A DNA stretch of 64,000 bases from an uncultured Dehalococcoidia bacterium (GTDB taxonomy: Bacteria; Chloroflexota; Dehalococcoidia; DSTF01; RBG-16-68-14). Both the position numbers and the translations under genes were made by a program. Below, piece by piece: positions 1-11,126 of the stretch. The notes below the pieces were generated by a model, which made no database searches, was not told where the DNA came from, and was given only the letters and a program-made list of their open reading frames with translations. Where the stretch lies: contig CAYQLM010000001.1 of the NCBI GenBank assembly GCA_964418365.1, positions 24,490 to 88,489 of the forward strand, written 5' to 3'. The stretch's first letter is position 1, and the number at the start of each line of letters is the position of its first letter.

Positions 1-531
1 CCGGGCGCCTTCCTCATCGGTATTCGCCGTCGTGACGATGTTGACCTGCAACCCACGAACGCGATCGACCTTGTCGTACTCGATCTCGGGGAAGATCAGC
101 TGCTCGCGCACGCCCAGACTGAAGTTGCCGCGCCCATCGAACGCGTTGCGCGAGACGCCGCGGAAGTCGCGGATGCGGGGCAGGGCGGCGTTCAGCAACC
201 TATCGAGGAACTCCCACATGCGGGCGCCGCGCAGCGTCACCGTCAGGCCGATTGGGTTGCCTTCGCGGAGCTTGAAGTTCGCGATCGAGCGCTTCGCCCG
301 CCTGATCACCGGCTTCTGCCCTGTGATGGTGGCGATGTCCTGTGACGCGGAATCGAGCGCCTTGGCGTCCTGCGTGGCTTCGCCCATGCCGATATTCACG
401 GCGACCTTCTCAACGCTCGGCACCTGCATCACGTTCTGATAGCCGAACTCGCGCATCAGCGCCGGCGCGATCTCGTCGCGGAAGCGCTGCTTCAATCTCG
501 GGACCATCGCCGTCGGTGTTGGAGCGGCCAT
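1..531 (-). CDS. rplE: 50S ribosomal protein L5, N-terminal part (gene runs off the window start)
   Basis: Reverse complement of 420-531 translates [38 protein letters not shown], a typical L5 N-terminus. Its ATG overlaps the rplX stop (TAATG). An alternative start is M9 at 507. Confidence 0.85.
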   Translation of the reverse strand, partial: MAAPTPTAMVPRLKQRFRDEIAPALMREFGYQNVMQVPSVEKVAVNIGMGEATQDAKALDSASQDIATITGQKPVIRRAKRSIANFKLREGNPIGLTVTLRGARMWEFLDRLLNAALPRIRDFRGVSRNAFDGRGNFSLGVREQLIFPEIEYDKVDRVRGLQVNIVTTANTDEEGAR

Positions 532-848
532 TAGTCGATGTCCTGGTGACAGAGCCCGCACGTGCGTACCTTCACGCCGTCCGTGCGCACGCGAAAGCTC
601 ACGCGCGTCGGCTTCTGACACGCCCGGCAGATCAGCTTGACGTTCGAGACGTGAATCGGCGCCTCCTTGGCGATGATTCCCGCGGGCTCTCGCTCCGAGC
701 GCTGGCGCTCGTGACGCTTCACCATGTTCAGCCCCTGCACCACGACGCGCTGCGCTTTCGGCAGCACCTCGTGTACCAGGCCCTGCTTGCCCCGCTCCTT
801 GCCGGAGAGGACGAGGACGGTGTCGTTGCGCTTGATGCGCTGCATCAC
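531..848 (-). CDS. rplX: 50S ribosomal protein L24
   Basis: 105 aa with a KOW motif ([18 protein letters not shown]); position between L14 and L5. Confidence 0.93.
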   Translation of the reverse strand: MMQRIKRNDTVLVLSGKERGKQGLVHEVLPKAQRVVVQGLNMVKRHERQRSEREPAGIIAKEAPIHVSNVKLICRACQKPTRVSFRVRTDGVKVRTCGLCHQDID

Positions 849-1213
849 ACCACCTCCGGCGCGAGCGAGATGATCTTCATGAAGCGCCGCTCCCGCAGCT
901 CGCGCGCGACCGGCCCGAAGATGCGCGTGCCGCGCGGGTTCTCTTTGTCGGCGAGGACGACGGCCGCGTTGTCATCGAACCGGATGCTGGAGCCGTCAGC
1001 GCGCTGCCAGCCCTTCGCCGTGCGTACGATGACCGCCCTCACAACGTCGCCCTTCTTGATCGGCGCGCCGGCCTGCGCCTGCTTCACCGACGCAACGACG
1101 ATGTCGCCGACGCGCGCGTAGCGCCGCCGCGTGCCGCCGAGCACCTGGATGCACATGATCTGGCGAGCACCAGAGTTGTCGGCGACCTTCAGCCGCGAAT
1201 ACTTCTGGATCAC
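845..1213 (-). CDS. rplN: 50S ribosomal protein L14
   Basis: 122 aa, [17 protein letters not shown]...; classic L14 N-terminus; 4-nt overlap with rplX. Confidence 0.95.
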   Translation of the reverse strand: MIQKYSRLKVADNSGARQIMCIQVLGGTRRRYARVGDIVVASVKQAQAGAPIKKGDVVRAVIVRTAKGWQRADGSSIRFDDNAAVVLADKENPRGTRIFGPVARELRERRFMKIISLAPEVV

Positions 1214-1677
1214 GGCGCTTCCTCGTCCTCGCTTGCGGTGTCCTCGGCCACTGCGGGCTCTTCTTCCGCTTCCGCATCGGTCGATGGGGCGTGCTCGTCC
1301 ATCTCCGTCGCCTGTTCGTCGACGGCCTCGCCGCCTTCGGCGGCGGCCTGCGCCATCGGCGCGGCCGGCTCTTCCTTCTCACGAACGCGGCTCAGGTACT
1401 CGACGTCAATCTCGCGCGGCGCGATCTCCGCCACGTCGCCGCGCTCGACGATTTCGGCGACGCGCCAGCGCTTCAGCTTCGACAACGGCCGCGTCTCCTC
1501 GATCCGAACGGTGTCGCCGCGCTTCGCCTCAAGGTGGTCGTCGTGCGCCAGGTAGCGCTTCGAGCGGCGCATGATCTTCTTGTAAAGGCGATGGCGCGTC
1601 GTGCGCTCCACCTGCACGACGACGGTCTTCTCCATCTTGTCGCTCACGACGGTGCCGGTGATGCTCTTCTGCGTCAT
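1210..1677 (-). CDS. rpsQ: 30S ribosomal protein S17 with a roughly 70-aa acidic C-terminal extension
   Basis: The first ~85 aa match S17 ([14 protein letters not shown]...[11 protein letters not shown]). The tail is Glu/Asp/Ala-rich ([17 protein letters not shown]). Confidence 0.9.
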   Translation of the reverse strand: MTQKSITGTVVSDKMEKTVVVQVERTTRHRLYKKIMRRSKRYLAHDDHLEAKRGDTVRIEETRPLSKLKRWRVAEIVERGDVAEIAPREIDVEYLSRVREKEEPAAPMAQAAAEGGEAVDEQATEMDEHAPSTDAEAEEEPAVAEDTASEDEEAP

Positions 1678-1680
1678 CGC

Positions 1681-1920
1681 CTATCCCTCGACCGCTACCG
1701 CGTGCGCGGCGAGCTGGCGTTCGCGCTGGATCGTCTTGATACGCGCCGCGTGGCGACGCAGCTTGCGCGGCAGCGACGTGTTCGCGAGCTGTCGCGTTGT
1801 CGTCTGGAGACGGGACACGAACATCTGTCGATAGGTGTCATCCAATTCTTTCACGAGATCTCCATCCGACATATCGCGCAGCGATTGCGTCTCTTCTTTT
1901 CGCTTGCGGTTCCGCGCCAT
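1681..1920 (-). CDS. rpmC: 50S ribosomal protein L29
   Basis: 79 aa, L29-like helical protein (LRDMSDGDLVKELDD...). Confidence 0.85.
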   Translation of the reverse strand: MARNRKRKEETQSLRDMSDGDLVKELDDTYRQMFVSRLQTTTRQLANTSLPRKLRRHAARIKTIQRERQLAAHAVAVEG

Positions 1921-1922
1921 CG

Positions 1923-2342
1923 TTAGAACTCCTGGTGCTCGCGCAGGACGAAGCGCGTCTGGATCGGCAGCTTGTGCGCAGCGAGGCGCAGCGCCTCCCG
2001 CGCGACGTCTTCTTTCACGCCTGCGACCTCGAACAGCATGCGGCCGCGCCGGACCACGGACACCCAGAACTCGGGCGGGCCCTTGCCGCTACCCATGCGC
2101 GTCTCCAGCGGCTTCTTCGAGACCGGCTTGTCGGGGAAGATGCGGATCCAGACCTTTCCACCGCGCTTCATCTCGTGCGTGATCGCGCGGCGCGCGGCCT
2201 CGATCTGGCGGGCCGTGACCCACGCGTTGGCCAGCGCCTGCAGCCCGAACTCGCCGAACGAGACCTGGTTGCCGGCCTGGGCCACGCCCCGCCGTCTGCC
2301 TCGATGCGACCTGCGCCACTTGATCCGCTTCGGTTGCAGCAT
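1923..2342 (-). CDS. rplP: 50S ribosomal protein L16
   Basis: 139 aa, [16 protein letters not shown]...; canonical L16. Confidence 0.95.
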   Translation of the reverse strand: MLQPKRIKWRRSHRGRRRGVAQAGNQVSFGEFGLQALANAWVTARQIEAARRAITHEMKRGGKVWIRIFPDKPVSKKPLETRMGSGKGPPEFWVSVVRRGRMLFEVAGVKEDVAREALRLAAHKLPIQTRFVLREHQEF

Positions 2343-2348
2343 CGTTCG

Positions 2349-3155
2349 CTAGGCGTCCTTCGTCTCCGGCTCCGCTGCCGGCGGCTGTCCGGCTTGCGCG
2401 ACGCCTTCCGCCGCTGCTGCGGCGGGCGCGACGCTCGGTGCCGGGCTTTCCGCAATCGCCTGTGCGGGAGCGGGGGTGGCTCTTTCTTCCTGCTCGCTCG
2501 GCCGCGACTCGGCGCGCGCTGGCTTGTCCTCGATCGATTCGCCCTTGTAGATCCAGACTTTCACGCCGATACGGCCGAACGTTGTGTGTGCCTCTGCGCG
2601 CCCGAAGTCGATGTCGGCGCGGATGGTGTGGAGCGGCACGCGGCCTTCCATCACCGCTTCGCGCCGCGACATCTCCGCGCCGCCCAGGCGGCCGGCCACC
2701 ATCGCCTTGCAGCCCTGGGCGCCGCGCGCCATCGTGCGCCCGACGGTCTGGCGCAGCGCGCGACGGAACGCCACGCGGCGCTCCAGCTGGTCGGCGATGT
2801 TACGCGCGACGAGCTGTGCGTCGAGCTCCGCCATGCGGATCTCCTGGATGTTCACGCGCACGCGCTTGCCGGTGAGCTTCTCGAGGTTCGTGCGCAGCTC
2901 GTCGACCTTCTGTCCGCTGCGGCCGATGACGATGCCCGGCTTCGCGGTGTGGATCGTGACGGTGATGATGTTGGCATTACGTTCGATCTCGACTCGCGAG
3001 ACTCCAGCGTCCCTCATGTTCTTTTCGATGTAAAGGCGGATCGAGAGGTCTCCCTTAAGCAGCTCGCGGTACGTTGGCCGCCCTGCGAACCACTTGCTTT
3101 GCCAGTCGTAGATGATCCCCAGGCGGAAGCCGGTGGGGTGTACCTTCTGTCCCAT
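2349..3155 (-). CDS. rpsC: 30S ribosomal protein S3 with an Ala/Pro/Glu-rich C-terminal extension
   Basis: 268 aa, [14 protein letters not shown]...; KH domain; tail ...[23 protein letters not shown]... Confidence 0.95.
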   Translation of the reverse strand: MGQKVHPTGFRLGIIYDWQSKWFAGRPTYRELLKGDLSIRLYIEKNMRDAGVSRVEIERNANIITVTIHTAKPGIVIGRSGQKVDELRTNLEKLTGKRVRVNIQEIRMAELDAQLVARNIADQLERRVAFRRALRQTVGRTMARGAQGCKAMVAGRLGGAEMSRREAVMEGRVPLHTIRADIDFGRAEAHTTFGRIGVKVWIYKGESIEDKPARAESRPSEQEERATPAPAQAIAESPAPSVAPAAAAAEGVAQAGQPPAAEPETKDA

Positions 3156-3156
3156 A

Positions 3157-3498
3157 TCAGCTCCCTTCCCGTTCGTCGACCACGATCGTCACATGGCTGG
3201 TGCGCCGGACGTACGGGTGATAGCGCCCGCGCGCGGCCGGCCGGTAGCGGCGGTCGCGACGGCCATCGTCCGCGATGGCGCGCTTGATGAACAGGCTGTC
3301 CGGGTCCATCGCGAAATTGTTCTCAGCGTTCGCTGCCGCCGACTTCACGATCTTCGCCACCTCCCGCGCGTGCGGGGACGGGAAGAACTTCAGCAGGTTC
3401 AGCGCGTCCTCGACCGACTGGCCTGGCAGGTGCTCAAGCACGAGCCGCGCCTTCTGCGGCGAGATGCCGATGTGCCGGTGGGTTGCCCTAACTTCCAT
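3157..3498 (-). CDS. rplV: 50S ribosomal protein L22
   Basis: 113 aa, [20 protein letters not shown]...; L22 signature. Confidence 0.93.
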   Translation of the reverse strand: MEVRATHRHIGISPQKARLVLEHLPGQSVEDALNLLKFFPSPHAREVAKIVKSAAANAENNFAMDPDSLFIKRAIADDGRRDRRYRPAARGRYHPYVRRTSHVTIVVDEREGS

Positions 3499-3506
3499 AA
3501 CTCTCG

Positions 3507-3830
3507 TTACCTACTCGGCGCAGCCGCGGCCGGCGCAGCCGCGGCCGGACGCACCGTTGTGGTGCGCTCGGTCTTCTGCGTGTGACCGCGGAAGTGGCGC
3601 GTGAGCGCAAACTCGCCGAGCTTGTGGCCGACCATATTCTCGGTGATGAAGATGGGCACATGCCGCCGCCCGTCGTGCACGGCGATCGTCATGCCGACCA
3701 TCTGCGGCAGGATCGTGCTCGCGCGCGACCACGTCTTGATCACGGTGCGCTCGCCGCTGCGGCGGACGGCCTCCACCTTCTTCAACAGCTTCGGGTGAAT
3801 GAACGGGCCCTTCTTTGTCGATCGCGACAT
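3507..3830 (-). CDS. rpsS: 30S ribosomal protein S19 with a short Ala-rich tail
   Basis: 107 aa, [19 protein letters not shown]...[16 protein letters not shown]; S19. Confidence 0.95.
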   Translation of the reverse strand: MSRSTKKGPFIHPKLLKKVEAVRRSGERTVIKTWSRASTILPQMVGMTIAVHDGRRHVPIFITENMVGHKLGEFALTRHFRGHTQKTERTTTVRPAAAAPAAAAPSR

Positions 3831-4664
3831 CTACTTCGCTCCGTACCTGCGCCGGACGATGAACTTGTCCGACTGCTTCTTGCCTCGCGTGCGAACACCG
3901 CGCGCGCGCTTGCCCCATGGCGTCTTCGGGCTGGACATGCCGATGGGCGACTTGCCCTCGCCGCCACCGTGGGGGTGGTCACGCGGGTTCATCACCACGC
4001 CTCGTACGGACGGCCGGCGGCCGCGCCAGCGCGAACGCCCGGCCTTGCCCAGCTTGGTGAGCGCGTGCTCCACGTTGCCCATCTGCCCGATGGTCGCGAG
4101 GCAGGCCGACGGCACGCGCCGCATCTCGCCCGAGGGGAGGCGCAGCAGGCACATTGCGCCTTCGCGCGCCATTACCTGCGCCGCAGCGCCCGCGCCGCGT
4201 ACCATCTGTCCGCCGCGGCCCGGATTAAGCTCGATGTTGTGCACCATCATGCCGGTCGGGATGCTCGTGAGCGGGAGGGCGTTGCCGTTCTTCAGCTCCG
4301 CCTCCGGCCCCGAAGAGACGTTGTCGCCCACCTTGAGTCCGCTGGGCGCCAGGATGTAGCGCTTGTCGCCGTCGGCGTAGTGCACCAGCGCGATGCGCGC
4401 CGTGCGGTTCGGGTCGTACTCGATCGACGCGACCTTGCCCGGCACGCCGAAGTTGTCGCGCTTGAAATCGATGATGCGGATCTTGCGCTTCGGGCCCGCG
4501 CCGCGATGTCGTACCGTAATCCGGCCCTGCTGGTTGCGCCCGGCGTGCGCCTTGCGCGGCCGGGTCAGGTTCTTCTGCGGCGTCTTCTCCGTGATCTCAT
4601 CGAACGAGAAGCCGATCATGCCGCGACGGCCGGGGCTGGTGGGCTTGAAATGCTTTGTTGGCAT
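3831..4664 (-). CDS. rplB: 50S ribosomal protein L2
   Basis: 277 aa, ...[16 protein letters not shown]...[14 protein letters not shown]; L2 signature. Confidence 0.97.
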   Translation of the reverse strand: MPTKHFKPTSPGRRGMIGFSFDEITEKTPQKNLTRPRKAHAGRNQQGRITVRHRGAGPKRKIRIIDFKRDNFGVPGKVASIEYDPNRTARIALVHYADGDKRYILAPSGLKVGDNVSSGPEAELKNGNALPLTSIPTGMMVHNIELNPGRGGQMVRGAGAAAQVMAREGAMCLLRLPSGEMRRVPSACLATIGQMGNVEHALTKLGKAGRSRWRGRRPSVRGVVMNPRDHPHGGGEGKSPIGMSSPKTPWGKRARGVRTRGKKQSDKFIVRRRYGAK

Positions 4665-4665
4665 C

Positions 4666-4962
4666 TTAGAGTCCCTCGAAGAGCTGAATCGAATCGCCTT
4701 CGGCCAGCGTTACGATCGCCTTCTTCCAGCTTTTCGTGCGCGACTGCAGCCGCCCGCGACGGCGTCGCTTGCCGTGGACGGTCAGCGTGTTGACCTTCGT
4801 GACGCTCACGTTGAACGCGTGGTGCACCGCGTCGCGGATCTGGTTCTTGTTCGCGTGGCTCGCCACCTCGAACGCGTACTTGCGCTCGCCGGCGAGGATC
4901 GTCGCCTTCTCGGTGATCAGCGGCCGCACGATGACCTGGTAGGGGTGGATCGCCTTAGGCAT
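4666..4962 (-). CDS. rplW: 50S ribosomal protein L23
   Basis: The ORF runs 4666..5028, but the L23 homology starts at [21 protein letters not shown] (internal M at 4962). That start overlaps rplD by 8 nt. Confidence 0.88.
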   Translation of the reverse strand: MPKAIHPYQVIVRPLITEKATILAGERKYAFEVASHANKNQIRDAVHHAFNVSVTKVNTLTVHGKRRRRGRLQSRTKSWKKAIVTLAEGDSIQLFEGL

Positions 4963-5626
4963 TCGTCGCCTCCGGCAGGGGAGCGCGGCGCTTCTTCGCG
5001 CGTTCGCCGCCCCACAGCCCCTCCGCAATGCGCAGGGCGTCTTCCGTCATCAGCAGACTGCGGTACGAGAGCAGATCGAGCACGTTTAGGTATGCGGCGG
5101 GCAGCCACTTCACGCGCGGCATGTTGCCCGCGCTGCGCTTGATCATCGGTTCGGGCTGCGCGGTCACGACCAGCGTCTTGCGCTCGAATCCCAGCGTCTC
5201 GAGCAGCGACTGCAGCTCCTTCGTCTTCGGCTTCTCGAACGAGAGCATATCGATTACGCGCAGGTCGCCGTCGGCCGCCCTTGCTGACAGGACCGATCGG
5301 ATCGCGAGGCGTCGCATGCGCTTCGGCAGGTCCTGCTTGTAGCTGCGCGGCTTCGGCCCGAAGACGATGCCGCCGCCGCGCCGGTGCGGCGCCCGGATCG
5401 ATCCCTGGCGCGCGCGGCCGGTGCCTTTCTGCCGGAAGAGCTTGACCGTGCTGCCCGCGACCTCGCCACGCGTCTTGGTGCTGTGCGTCCCGCGCCGCTG
5501 GTTCGCGCGCTGCGCGAGCAGCGCCTGGTGCACCACTGCGCGCCGCGGCTTGAGCCCGAAGACCTGCTCGTCCACTTCGATGGACTTTACCTTGCTGCCG
5601 CTGCTGTTGATGACGTCCAGCTCCAT
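4955..5626 (-). CDS. rplD: 50S ribosomal protein L4
   Basis: 223 aa, ...FRQKGTGRARQGSIRAPHRRGGGIVFGPKPRSY...; L4. Confidence 0.95.
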   Translation of the reverse strand: MELDVINSSGSKVKSIEVDEQVFGLKPRRAVVHQALLAQRANQRRGTHSTKTRGEVAGSTVKLFRQKGTGRARQGSIRAPHRRGGGIVFGPKPRSYKQDLPKRMRRLAIRSVLSARAADGDLRVIDMLSFEKPKTKELQSLLETLGFERKTLVVTAQPEPMIKRSAGNMPRVKWLPAAYLNVLDLLSYRSLLMTEDALRIAEGLWGGERAKKRRAPLPEATNA

Positions 5627-6429
5627 TACGCCTTTTCTTCTGCCGAGCCTTCGTCGGCGGTTGCGCTGTCGTCGTTCGGTTCCACTTCGGTTTGGGCGAC
5701 GGCCGTCGCTGTCGCTGCCGGCTCGCCGGCCGCCGCGGCGGGCGCCTCTTCTTCCTCCGGCTCGGGCTCTGGCTCGATGACCTTGCGCTTGCCGGAGTGC
5801 GCCGCTGCCAGCGTGTCCTTCGAGAAGCGGATCTTGATGAGCCCGTTGCGCGCGCCCGGCACCGCTCCGCCAACGATGATTAGCCCGCGCGCTATGTTCG
5901 TCTCGAGCACTTCCAGGTTTCGAGTGGTGACCTGCTCCGCGCCCATGTGTCCCGGCATACGCATGCCCTTAAAGGTGCGGCCGGGTGTGTTGCCGGCGCC
6001 GATGGCGCCGGGCGCCCGGTGCCTGTCCGACTGGCCGTGCGTCTTCGGGCCGCCGGCGAAACCGTGGCGTTTCACGACCCCCGCGAAGCCGCGTCCCTTG
6101 CTCACACCCGTCACGTCGACGAGGTCGCCTTCTTGGAAGAGATCCGCGCCGTAGCGGTCGCCCAGCTTGTGGTGACTGACGTCGTCGACGCCTACCTCAC
6201 GGAGGTAGCGGAAGTCGCCGAGGCGCTTCAGGTGGCCGCGCGCCGGCTTGTTCAGCCGCTTCTTCGTGCCGAAGCCGAGCTGCACTGCCGTGTAGCCGTC
6301 CTTGATCTCTGTGCGTAGCTGTGTAATGAGGCACGGGCCGGCTTCGATCACCGTCCCGCCGCGCAGGTGGCCCTTCTTGTCGAAGACCTGGACCATGCCG
6401 AGCTTTCGCCCGAGCAGCGCCTCGATCAC
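5626..6429 (-). CDS. rplC: 50S ribosomal protein L3 with a roughly 60-aa acidic/Ala-rich C-terminal extension
   Basis: 267 aa, [20 protein letters not shown]...; tail [27 protein letters not shown]... Confidence 0.95.
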   Translation of the reverse strand: MIEALLGRKLGMVQVFDKKGHLRGGTVIEAGPCLITQLRTEIKDGYTAVQLGFGTKKRLNKPARGHLKRLGDFRYLREVGVDDVSHHKLGDRYGADLFQEGDLVDVTGVSKGRGFAGVVKRHGFAGGPKTHGQSDRHRAPGAIGAGNTPGRTFKGMRMPGHMGAEQVTTRNLEVLETNIARGLIIVGGAVPGARNGLIKIRFSKDTLAAAHSGKRKVIEPEPEPEEEEAPAAAAGEPAATATAVAQTEVEPNDDSATADEGSAEEKA

Positions 6430-6734
6430 AGCTTCACCTCGATGTCCACACCGGCGGGCAGCTGCAGGCGCATCAGCGTGTCGACGGTGCGCGATGTCGG
6501 ATTCAGGATGTCGATCAGCCGCTTGTGCGTCCGGATCTCGAACTGCTCGCGTGAATCCTTATCGATGAACGGCGAGCGGATCACAGTGAACTTCTTGATG
6601 TCTGTTGGTAGGGGGATGGGCCCCGCAACCGCGGCGCCGGTGCGCTCCGCCGCTTCTACGATCTGCTCCGCCGACTGATCGAGGATGCGGTGGTCGTATG
6701 CCTTGAGCCGGATGCGGATCTTCTGCTGCGGCAT
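6426..6734 (-). CDS. rpsJ: 30S ribosomal protein S10
   Basis: 102 aa, [27 protein letters not shown]...; S10. Starts 3 nt after the fusA stop. Confidence 0.96.
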   Translation of the reverse strand: MPQQKIRIRLKAYDHRILDQSAEQIVEAAERTGAAVAGPIPLPTDIKKFTVIRSPFIDKDSREQFEIRTHKRLIDILNPTSRTVDTLMRLQLPAGVDIEVKL

Positions 6735-6737
6735 CGC

Positions 6738-8831
6738 TTAGGCCCTCACCGGTTGCCTTTTCGTCGCGCTGCCAGTGATGCGGTCGGCGACATCCGGCGG
6801 CACGCGCTCGTAATGGTCGAACTCCATGCTGTAAGTGCCGCGCCCCTGCGTCAGCGAGCGCAGACCGGTCGCGTAGCCGAACGATTCCGCCAGCGGCACC
6901 AGCGCGCGAATGACCTGCAGCTTGCCGCGCGCCTCGACGCCGTGGATCTGCCCGCGCCGGCTGTTCAGATCGCCCAGCACATCACCGAACGATTCCTCCG
7001 GCGTGACGATCTCGAGCTTCATGATCGGCTCGAGCAGCATCGGGTCGGCGCGGTCCATCGCCTCGCGAATCGCGAGGATGCCCGCGTTGCGAAACGCGAT
7101 CTCGGACGAGTCGACGGGGTGGTACTTGCCGTCGAGCAGCGAGACCTGCACGTCGATGACCGGGTAGCCGCCGAGGATGCCGGTGTCGAGCGCTTGCTGC
7201 ACACCCGTCTTGACCGCCGGTATGTATTCCTTCGGGATCGAGCCGCCCTTGGTCGCGTCGACGAACTCGAAGCCGGCCCCGCGCTGTCGGGGCGCTACTT
7301 CGATCTCGACGACGCCGAACTGGCCGTGGCCGCCGGTCTGCTTGATGAAGCGTCCCTCTGCGCGCGCGCCGCGGCCGATCGCTTCCTTGTAGGCGACCTG
7401 CGGTTGGCCGATGTTGGCCTCAACGCGAAACTCGCGCAAGAGCCGGTCGGCGATGACTTCCAAGTGCAGCTCGCCCATGCCGGAGATGATCGTCTGGCCG
7501 GTCTCTTCGTCGTAGCGCGTGCGGAAGGTGGGGTCCTCTTCCGCCAGGCGGCGCAGGCTCTCGCCCAGACGCTCCTGGTCTTCCTTGCTCTTCGGCTCGA
7601 TCGCGCGCGACACCACCGGTTCTGGGAAGCGGATCGATTCGAGGACGATCGGTTGGTTTGGATCGCAGAGGGTGTCGCCGGTAAACGTGTTCTTGAAGCC
7701 GATCGCCGCGGCGATGTCGCCTGCGAAGACCTCGCTAATCTCCTCGCGCGCGTTCGCGTGCATGCGCAGCAGGCGCCCGAAGCGCTCCTTCTTGCGCTGG
7801 CCGCTGCTCATGATCTGATCGCCCTCCTTGGCGTGGCCGGAGTAGACGCGGAAATATGCCAAGCGACCCACGTATGGGTCGCTCACGATCTTAAAGGCAA
7901 GCGCGCAGAACGGCGCCGAGTCTTCGGCGTGCCGCTCCGCGAGCTCGCCGGTCTCCGGGTGGTGACCGACGATCGGGGGCACGTCAGCCGGTGATGGTAG
8001 GTAGTCAACGACGGCGTCGAGCAACGGCTGGATTCCCTTGTTCCGCAGCGAAGCGCCGCAGAGCACGGCCGTGCCCTTGCTCGCCAGCGTGATCCGGCGC
8101 AGCGCCTTCTTCAGCTCTGCCGTCGTCACCACGTGTCCCTCGACGTAGCTGATCATGAGCTGGTCGTCGAGCTCCGCCGCGCGCTCGATGAGCTTCTCGC
8201 GGTGCGATGCCGCTTCGGCTGCTAGGTTCGCCGGGATGTCTTTCACTTCTGCTTCGGCGCCCTGCTCGCCCGAGAAGACCCACGCCTTCTGCTCGATCAG
8301 ATCGATGACGCCCCGGTGGTCAGCTTCGACTCCGAGTGGGATCTGGATGGGTAGGGGGTGCGCTTCGAGGCGTTCTTTGATCATGTCGATCGTCCGCCAG
8401 TAGTCGGCGCCGACGCGGTCCATCTTGTTCACGAAGCAGATGCGCGGCACGCGATAGCGATCGGCCTGCCGCCACACGGTCTCGGACTGCGGCTCGACAC
8501 CGTGTACTGCGTCGAACACGACGATGCCGCCATCGAGCACGCGCAGGCTGCGCTCTACCTCGACGGTGAAATCGACGTGGCCCGGCGTATCGATGATGTT
8601 GATGCGGTGGCCGCTCCAGTCGGTGGTCGTCGCGGCGGCGGTGATCGTGATACCCCGCTCGCGCTCCTGCGCCATCCAGTCCATCACGGCGGTGCCTTCA
8701 TGCACCTCACCGATCTTGTACGTGCGGCCGGTGTAAAAGAGGATACGCTCGGTCACCGTCGTCTTACCCGCATCGATGTGGGCGATGATGCCGATGTTTC
8801 GTATCTGCTCGATTGGTATCTCTCGTGTCAT
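6738..8831 (-). CDS. fusA: Translation elongation factor G
   Basis: 697 aa with GTPase motifs [21 protein letters not shown]; EF-G domain order. Confidence 0.97.
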   Translation of the reverse strand: MTREIPIEQIRNIGIIAHIDAGKTTVTERILFYTGRTYKIGEVHEGTAVMDWMAQERERGITITAAATTTDWSGHRINIIDTPGHVDFTVEVERSLRVLDGGIVVFDAVHGVEPQSETVWRQADRYRVPRICFVNKMDRVGADYWRTIDMIKERLEAHPLPIQIPLGVEADHRGVIDLIEQKAWVFSGEQGAEAEVKDIPANLAAEAASHREKLIERAAELDDQLMISYVEGHVVTTAELKKALRRITLASKGTAVLCGASLRNKGIQPLLDAVVDYLPSPADVPPIVGHHPETGELAERHAEDSAPFCALAFKIVSDPYVGRLAYFRVYSGHAKEGDQIMSSGQRKKERFGRLLRMHANAREEISEVFAGDIAAAIGFKNTFTGDTLCDPNQPIVLESIRFPEPVVSRAIEPKSKEDQERLGESLRRLAEEDPTFRTRYDEETGQTIISGMGELHLEVIADRLLREFRVEANIGQPQVAYKEAIGRGARAEGRFIKQTGGHGQFGVVEIEVAPRQRGAGFEFVDATKGGSIPKEYIPAVKTGVQQALDTGILGGYPVIDVQVSLLDGKYHPVDSSEIAFRNAGILAIREAMDRADPMLLEPIMKLEIVTPEESFGDVLGDLNSRRGQIHGVEARGKLQVIRALVPLAESFGYATGLRSLTQGRGTYSMEFDHYERVPPDVADRITGSATKRQPVRA

Positions 8832-8880
8832 CTCTTACTCAATAGTTCGGGGCCGTTTACTGAGCGGCCCCGGTACTGTC

Positions 8881-9351
8881 CTACCAGCGATAATGAGCAA
8901 AGGCGCGGTTCGCCTCCGCCATCCGGTGCATGTCCAGCTTCTGCTTTACGGTGTTGCCCTGGTTCTGCGAGGCGTCCAGCAGCTCCGCTGCGAGGCGGTC
9001 CGCCATCGTGCGGCCCTTGCGTGCGCGCGACGCGTTGACGAGCCAGCGCAGCGCCAGTGCGAGCCGCCGGTCGGGGCGAATGTCGATCGGCACCTGGTAC
9101 GTTGCGCCGCCGACGCGTCGCGGTTTCACCTCGACGACGGGCGTGACATTGCGTACCGCTTCTTCGAACACCTCGACGGGGCTGCGGTTGACCTGCTGCT
9201 CGATCTGATCGAACGCCTTGTAGACGAGGCGCTCCGCGATGCTCTTCTTGCCCGAGCGCATCACCTTATTAATGAACATCGCAACGATCTGGTTGCCGTA
9301 CTTGGCATCCAGCGGAATCTTTCGCTTCGTGATTCGTGCCCGTCTTGGCAT
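8881..9351 (-). CDS. rpsG: 30S ribosomal protein S7
   Basis: 156 aa, [23 protein letters not shown]...; S7. Confidence 0.96.
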   Translation of the reverse strand: MPRRARITKRKIPLDAKYGNQIVAMFINKVMRSGKKSIAERLVYKAFDQIEQQVNRSPVEVFEEAVRNVTPVVEVKPRRVGGATYQVPIDIRPDRRLALALRWLVNASRARKGRTMADRLAAELLDASQNQGNTVKQKLDMHRMAEANRAFAHYRW

Positions 9352-9436
9352 CTATATGCTCCGTGGGACAGGCGCCAGCCTGTCGCCTCTCTCTAATCTT
9401 TCCGGACGGCAGGTTTCGGCCCGCCGCGCTCTCCAA

Positions 9437-9468
9437 CGAAAAGTCGCCCCGATAGAACCGGGGCGCCT
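9437..9468 (-). terminator. Terminator-like or attenuator hairpin in the rpsL-rpsG intercistronic region
   Basis: The minus-strand RNA reads GCGCCCCG-GUUCUAUC-CGGGGCGAC followed by UUUUCGUU. A second perfect 7-bp hairpin (GACAGGC-UGGC-GCCUGUC, 9367-9384) sits just upstream of the rpsG SD. Confidence 0.35.
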
Positions 9469-9498
9469 GTGACTGGACGAGGCGCGATTCGAACCTAG

Positions 9499-9930
9499 TT
9501 ACGCGCCTCCGCCGGGAACGCCTCCCTTGCGGGTGCCGTACTTGCTTCGACCGCGCTGTCTGCCGGACACGCCGGCCGCGTCCAGTGCGCCGCGAATGAT
9601 GTGGTAGCGCACGCCCGGCAGGTCCTTCACGCGGCCGCCGCGGATCAGCACGACCGAGTGCTCCTGCAGGCTGTGCCCTTCGCCCGGGATGTACGCCGTC
9701 ACCTCGATACCGTTGGTGAGCCGCACGCGGGCGATCTTGCGCAGCGCGGAGTTGGGCTTCTTCGGCGTCATGGTGCGCACCTGCGTGCAGACGCCGCGCT
9801 TCTGCGGCGAACCTTTGCCGCGCACCATTCTGTTCTTCAGCGCGTTGTAGCGAAAGCGAAGCGCGGGCGCCTTCGTTTTCTTCGTGCCCTGCTTGCGTCC
9901 CTTACGAACGAGCTGACTGATCGTCGGCAA
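9499..9930 (-). CDS. rpsL: 30S ribosomal protein S12, probable TTG start
   Basis: The ORF extends to 10038, but the S12 homology begins at (L/M)[16 protein letters not shown] at 9930 is preceded by a GGAGAGG Shine-Dalgarno. Motif ...KKPNSALRK... Confidence 0.9.
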   Translation of the reverse strand: MPTISQLVRKGRKQGTKKTKAPALRFRYNALKNRMVRGKGSPQKRGVCTQVRTMTPKKPNSALRKIARVRLTNGIEVTAYIPGEGHSLQEHSVVLIRGGRVKDLPGVRYHIIRGALDAAGVSGRQRGRSKYGTRKGGVPGGGA

Positions 9931-10231
9931 GAAGCCTCTCCTTGGCGCCCTTGTTGAAGACACAGTGAAGGCCAAAAGCCTGTTCCGAAGCCTGACCCGG
10001 CGTGGGAACGAATCCCCACTTGCGCCGGCGGTCATCACGGTCGGGGCCTTTGGCCGCGACTGAAGCTCTTCGATAGGCGCCGAAGGTGAAGTGTAACGGC
10101 CTCTCTATCGAGTGTCAAGCGAATCTGGCTTGCCTGTCGGGTGTTTCACTCAAGGCTGGCCGCGGACGCGCCGATAACTCTTGCGGGACACCCCTACGGA
10201 ACAACCCTCTTCCACAGGAGTAAGAACGCGC

Positions 10232-11101
10232 ATGCGGTTCCCCAAAGCCTGGTTGGCGAAGCACCGGACCGCAGTCTTGCGAGGAGGGCTCATGGCCGGC
10301 GGCCTGGCCCTCATCGTCGGGGCAACGGCTTTCATGCTCGGCGGAAGTTGGAGCCAGACTCGAGAGGGGGCTTCCGCCTTCGCTCCGCAGGAGACCGTCG
10401 TGCAGATTCAGCCGGCCGCGACGCCGGACGCGCCCATCGCGACGAGGGCTAGCACGGCTGTTCCAATACCTCCCGCCATCAGTTGGGCCGATGCCGCCCA
10501 GAACTGGTCTGTTATCGCACATATGCTCGTATTGACGCCGACTGCGCTGCCGCCGGCTCCGGCCTCGGCGCCGCAGCAGGTCTCGGCCCCGCCGCCGGCC
10601 TCTCAGCGCGTCGTACCCACGGCCACGCCGTTCCCGCAGCAGCAGGAGCCGCCGCCCGCGCCGGCAACGCCGACGCCTACGAGCTGTCCGACGGCGACGA
10701 TGTCCGGCTTCGCGCTCCAGCTCTTCAACGACATCAACGACCAGCGAGCGCAGAACGGCGTCCCCGCCCTGGCCGCCGACGACTGCGTGACCTACGTGGC
10801 GCAGGAGCGCTCGACCGACATGGCAACGCGCAACTACTTCTCGCACAGCAGCCCGGAGGGCACGGGCGCGTTCGATCTGCTCACGGCGAATGGGGTGCTG
10901 TACGGGTGGGCGGGCGAGAACCTGGCGCGCAACAACTACCCGGACGACCAGACGGTCGACGTCGCCATCCGCGACCTGATGGCGAGCGAGGGCCACCGCG
11001 ACAACATGCTCAGCACGAACTACACCGCCATGGGCGTCGCCGCCGTCAACGACGGCACGGGCATGTGGTACTTCACCATGGTCTTCATCGGCCCGCCGTA
11101 A
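10232..11101 (+). CDS. Membrane-anchored CAP/SCP/PR1-like domain protein (YkwD-like) with a Pro-rich linker
   Basis: N-terminal TM (LMAGGLALIVG), PAPA linker, C-terminal CAP motifs (NYFSHSSPEG, GENLARNNY, GHRDNML). ATG at 10232 with an AGGAG Shine-Dalgarno; ORF upstream extension from 10181. Confidence 0.75.
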   Translation: MRFPKAWLAKHRTAVLRGGLMAGGLALIVGATAFMLGGSWSQTREGASAFAPQETVVQIQPAATPDAPIATRASTAVPIPPAISWADAAQNWSVIAHMLVLTPTALPPAPASAPQQVSAPPPASQRVVPTATPFPQQQEPPPAPATPTPTSCPTATMSGFALQLFNDINDQRAQNGVPALAADDCVTYVAQERSTDMATRNYFSHSSPEGTGAFDLLTANGVLYGWAGENLARNNYPDDQTVDVAIRDLMASEGHRDNMLSTNYTAMGVAAVNDGTGMWYFTMVFIGPP

Positions 11102-11126
11102 TTTCCGCAAGATACGGTAGTTTGCC

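Noticed and set aside
32-1121. Plus-strand ORFs 32..439 and 342..1121 overlapping rplE/rplX/rplN
   Set aside because: They are antisense to highly conserved ribosomal protein genes, with Arg/Ser/Pro-rich junk translations.
9480-9498. GGTTCGAATC (tRNA T-loop-like) motif on the minus strand just after the rpsL stop
   Set aside because: It lies at the very 5' end of the intercistronic RNA. There is no room upstream (inside the rpsL coding sequence) for acceptor, D and anticodon arms, so this is a chance match, not a tRNA.
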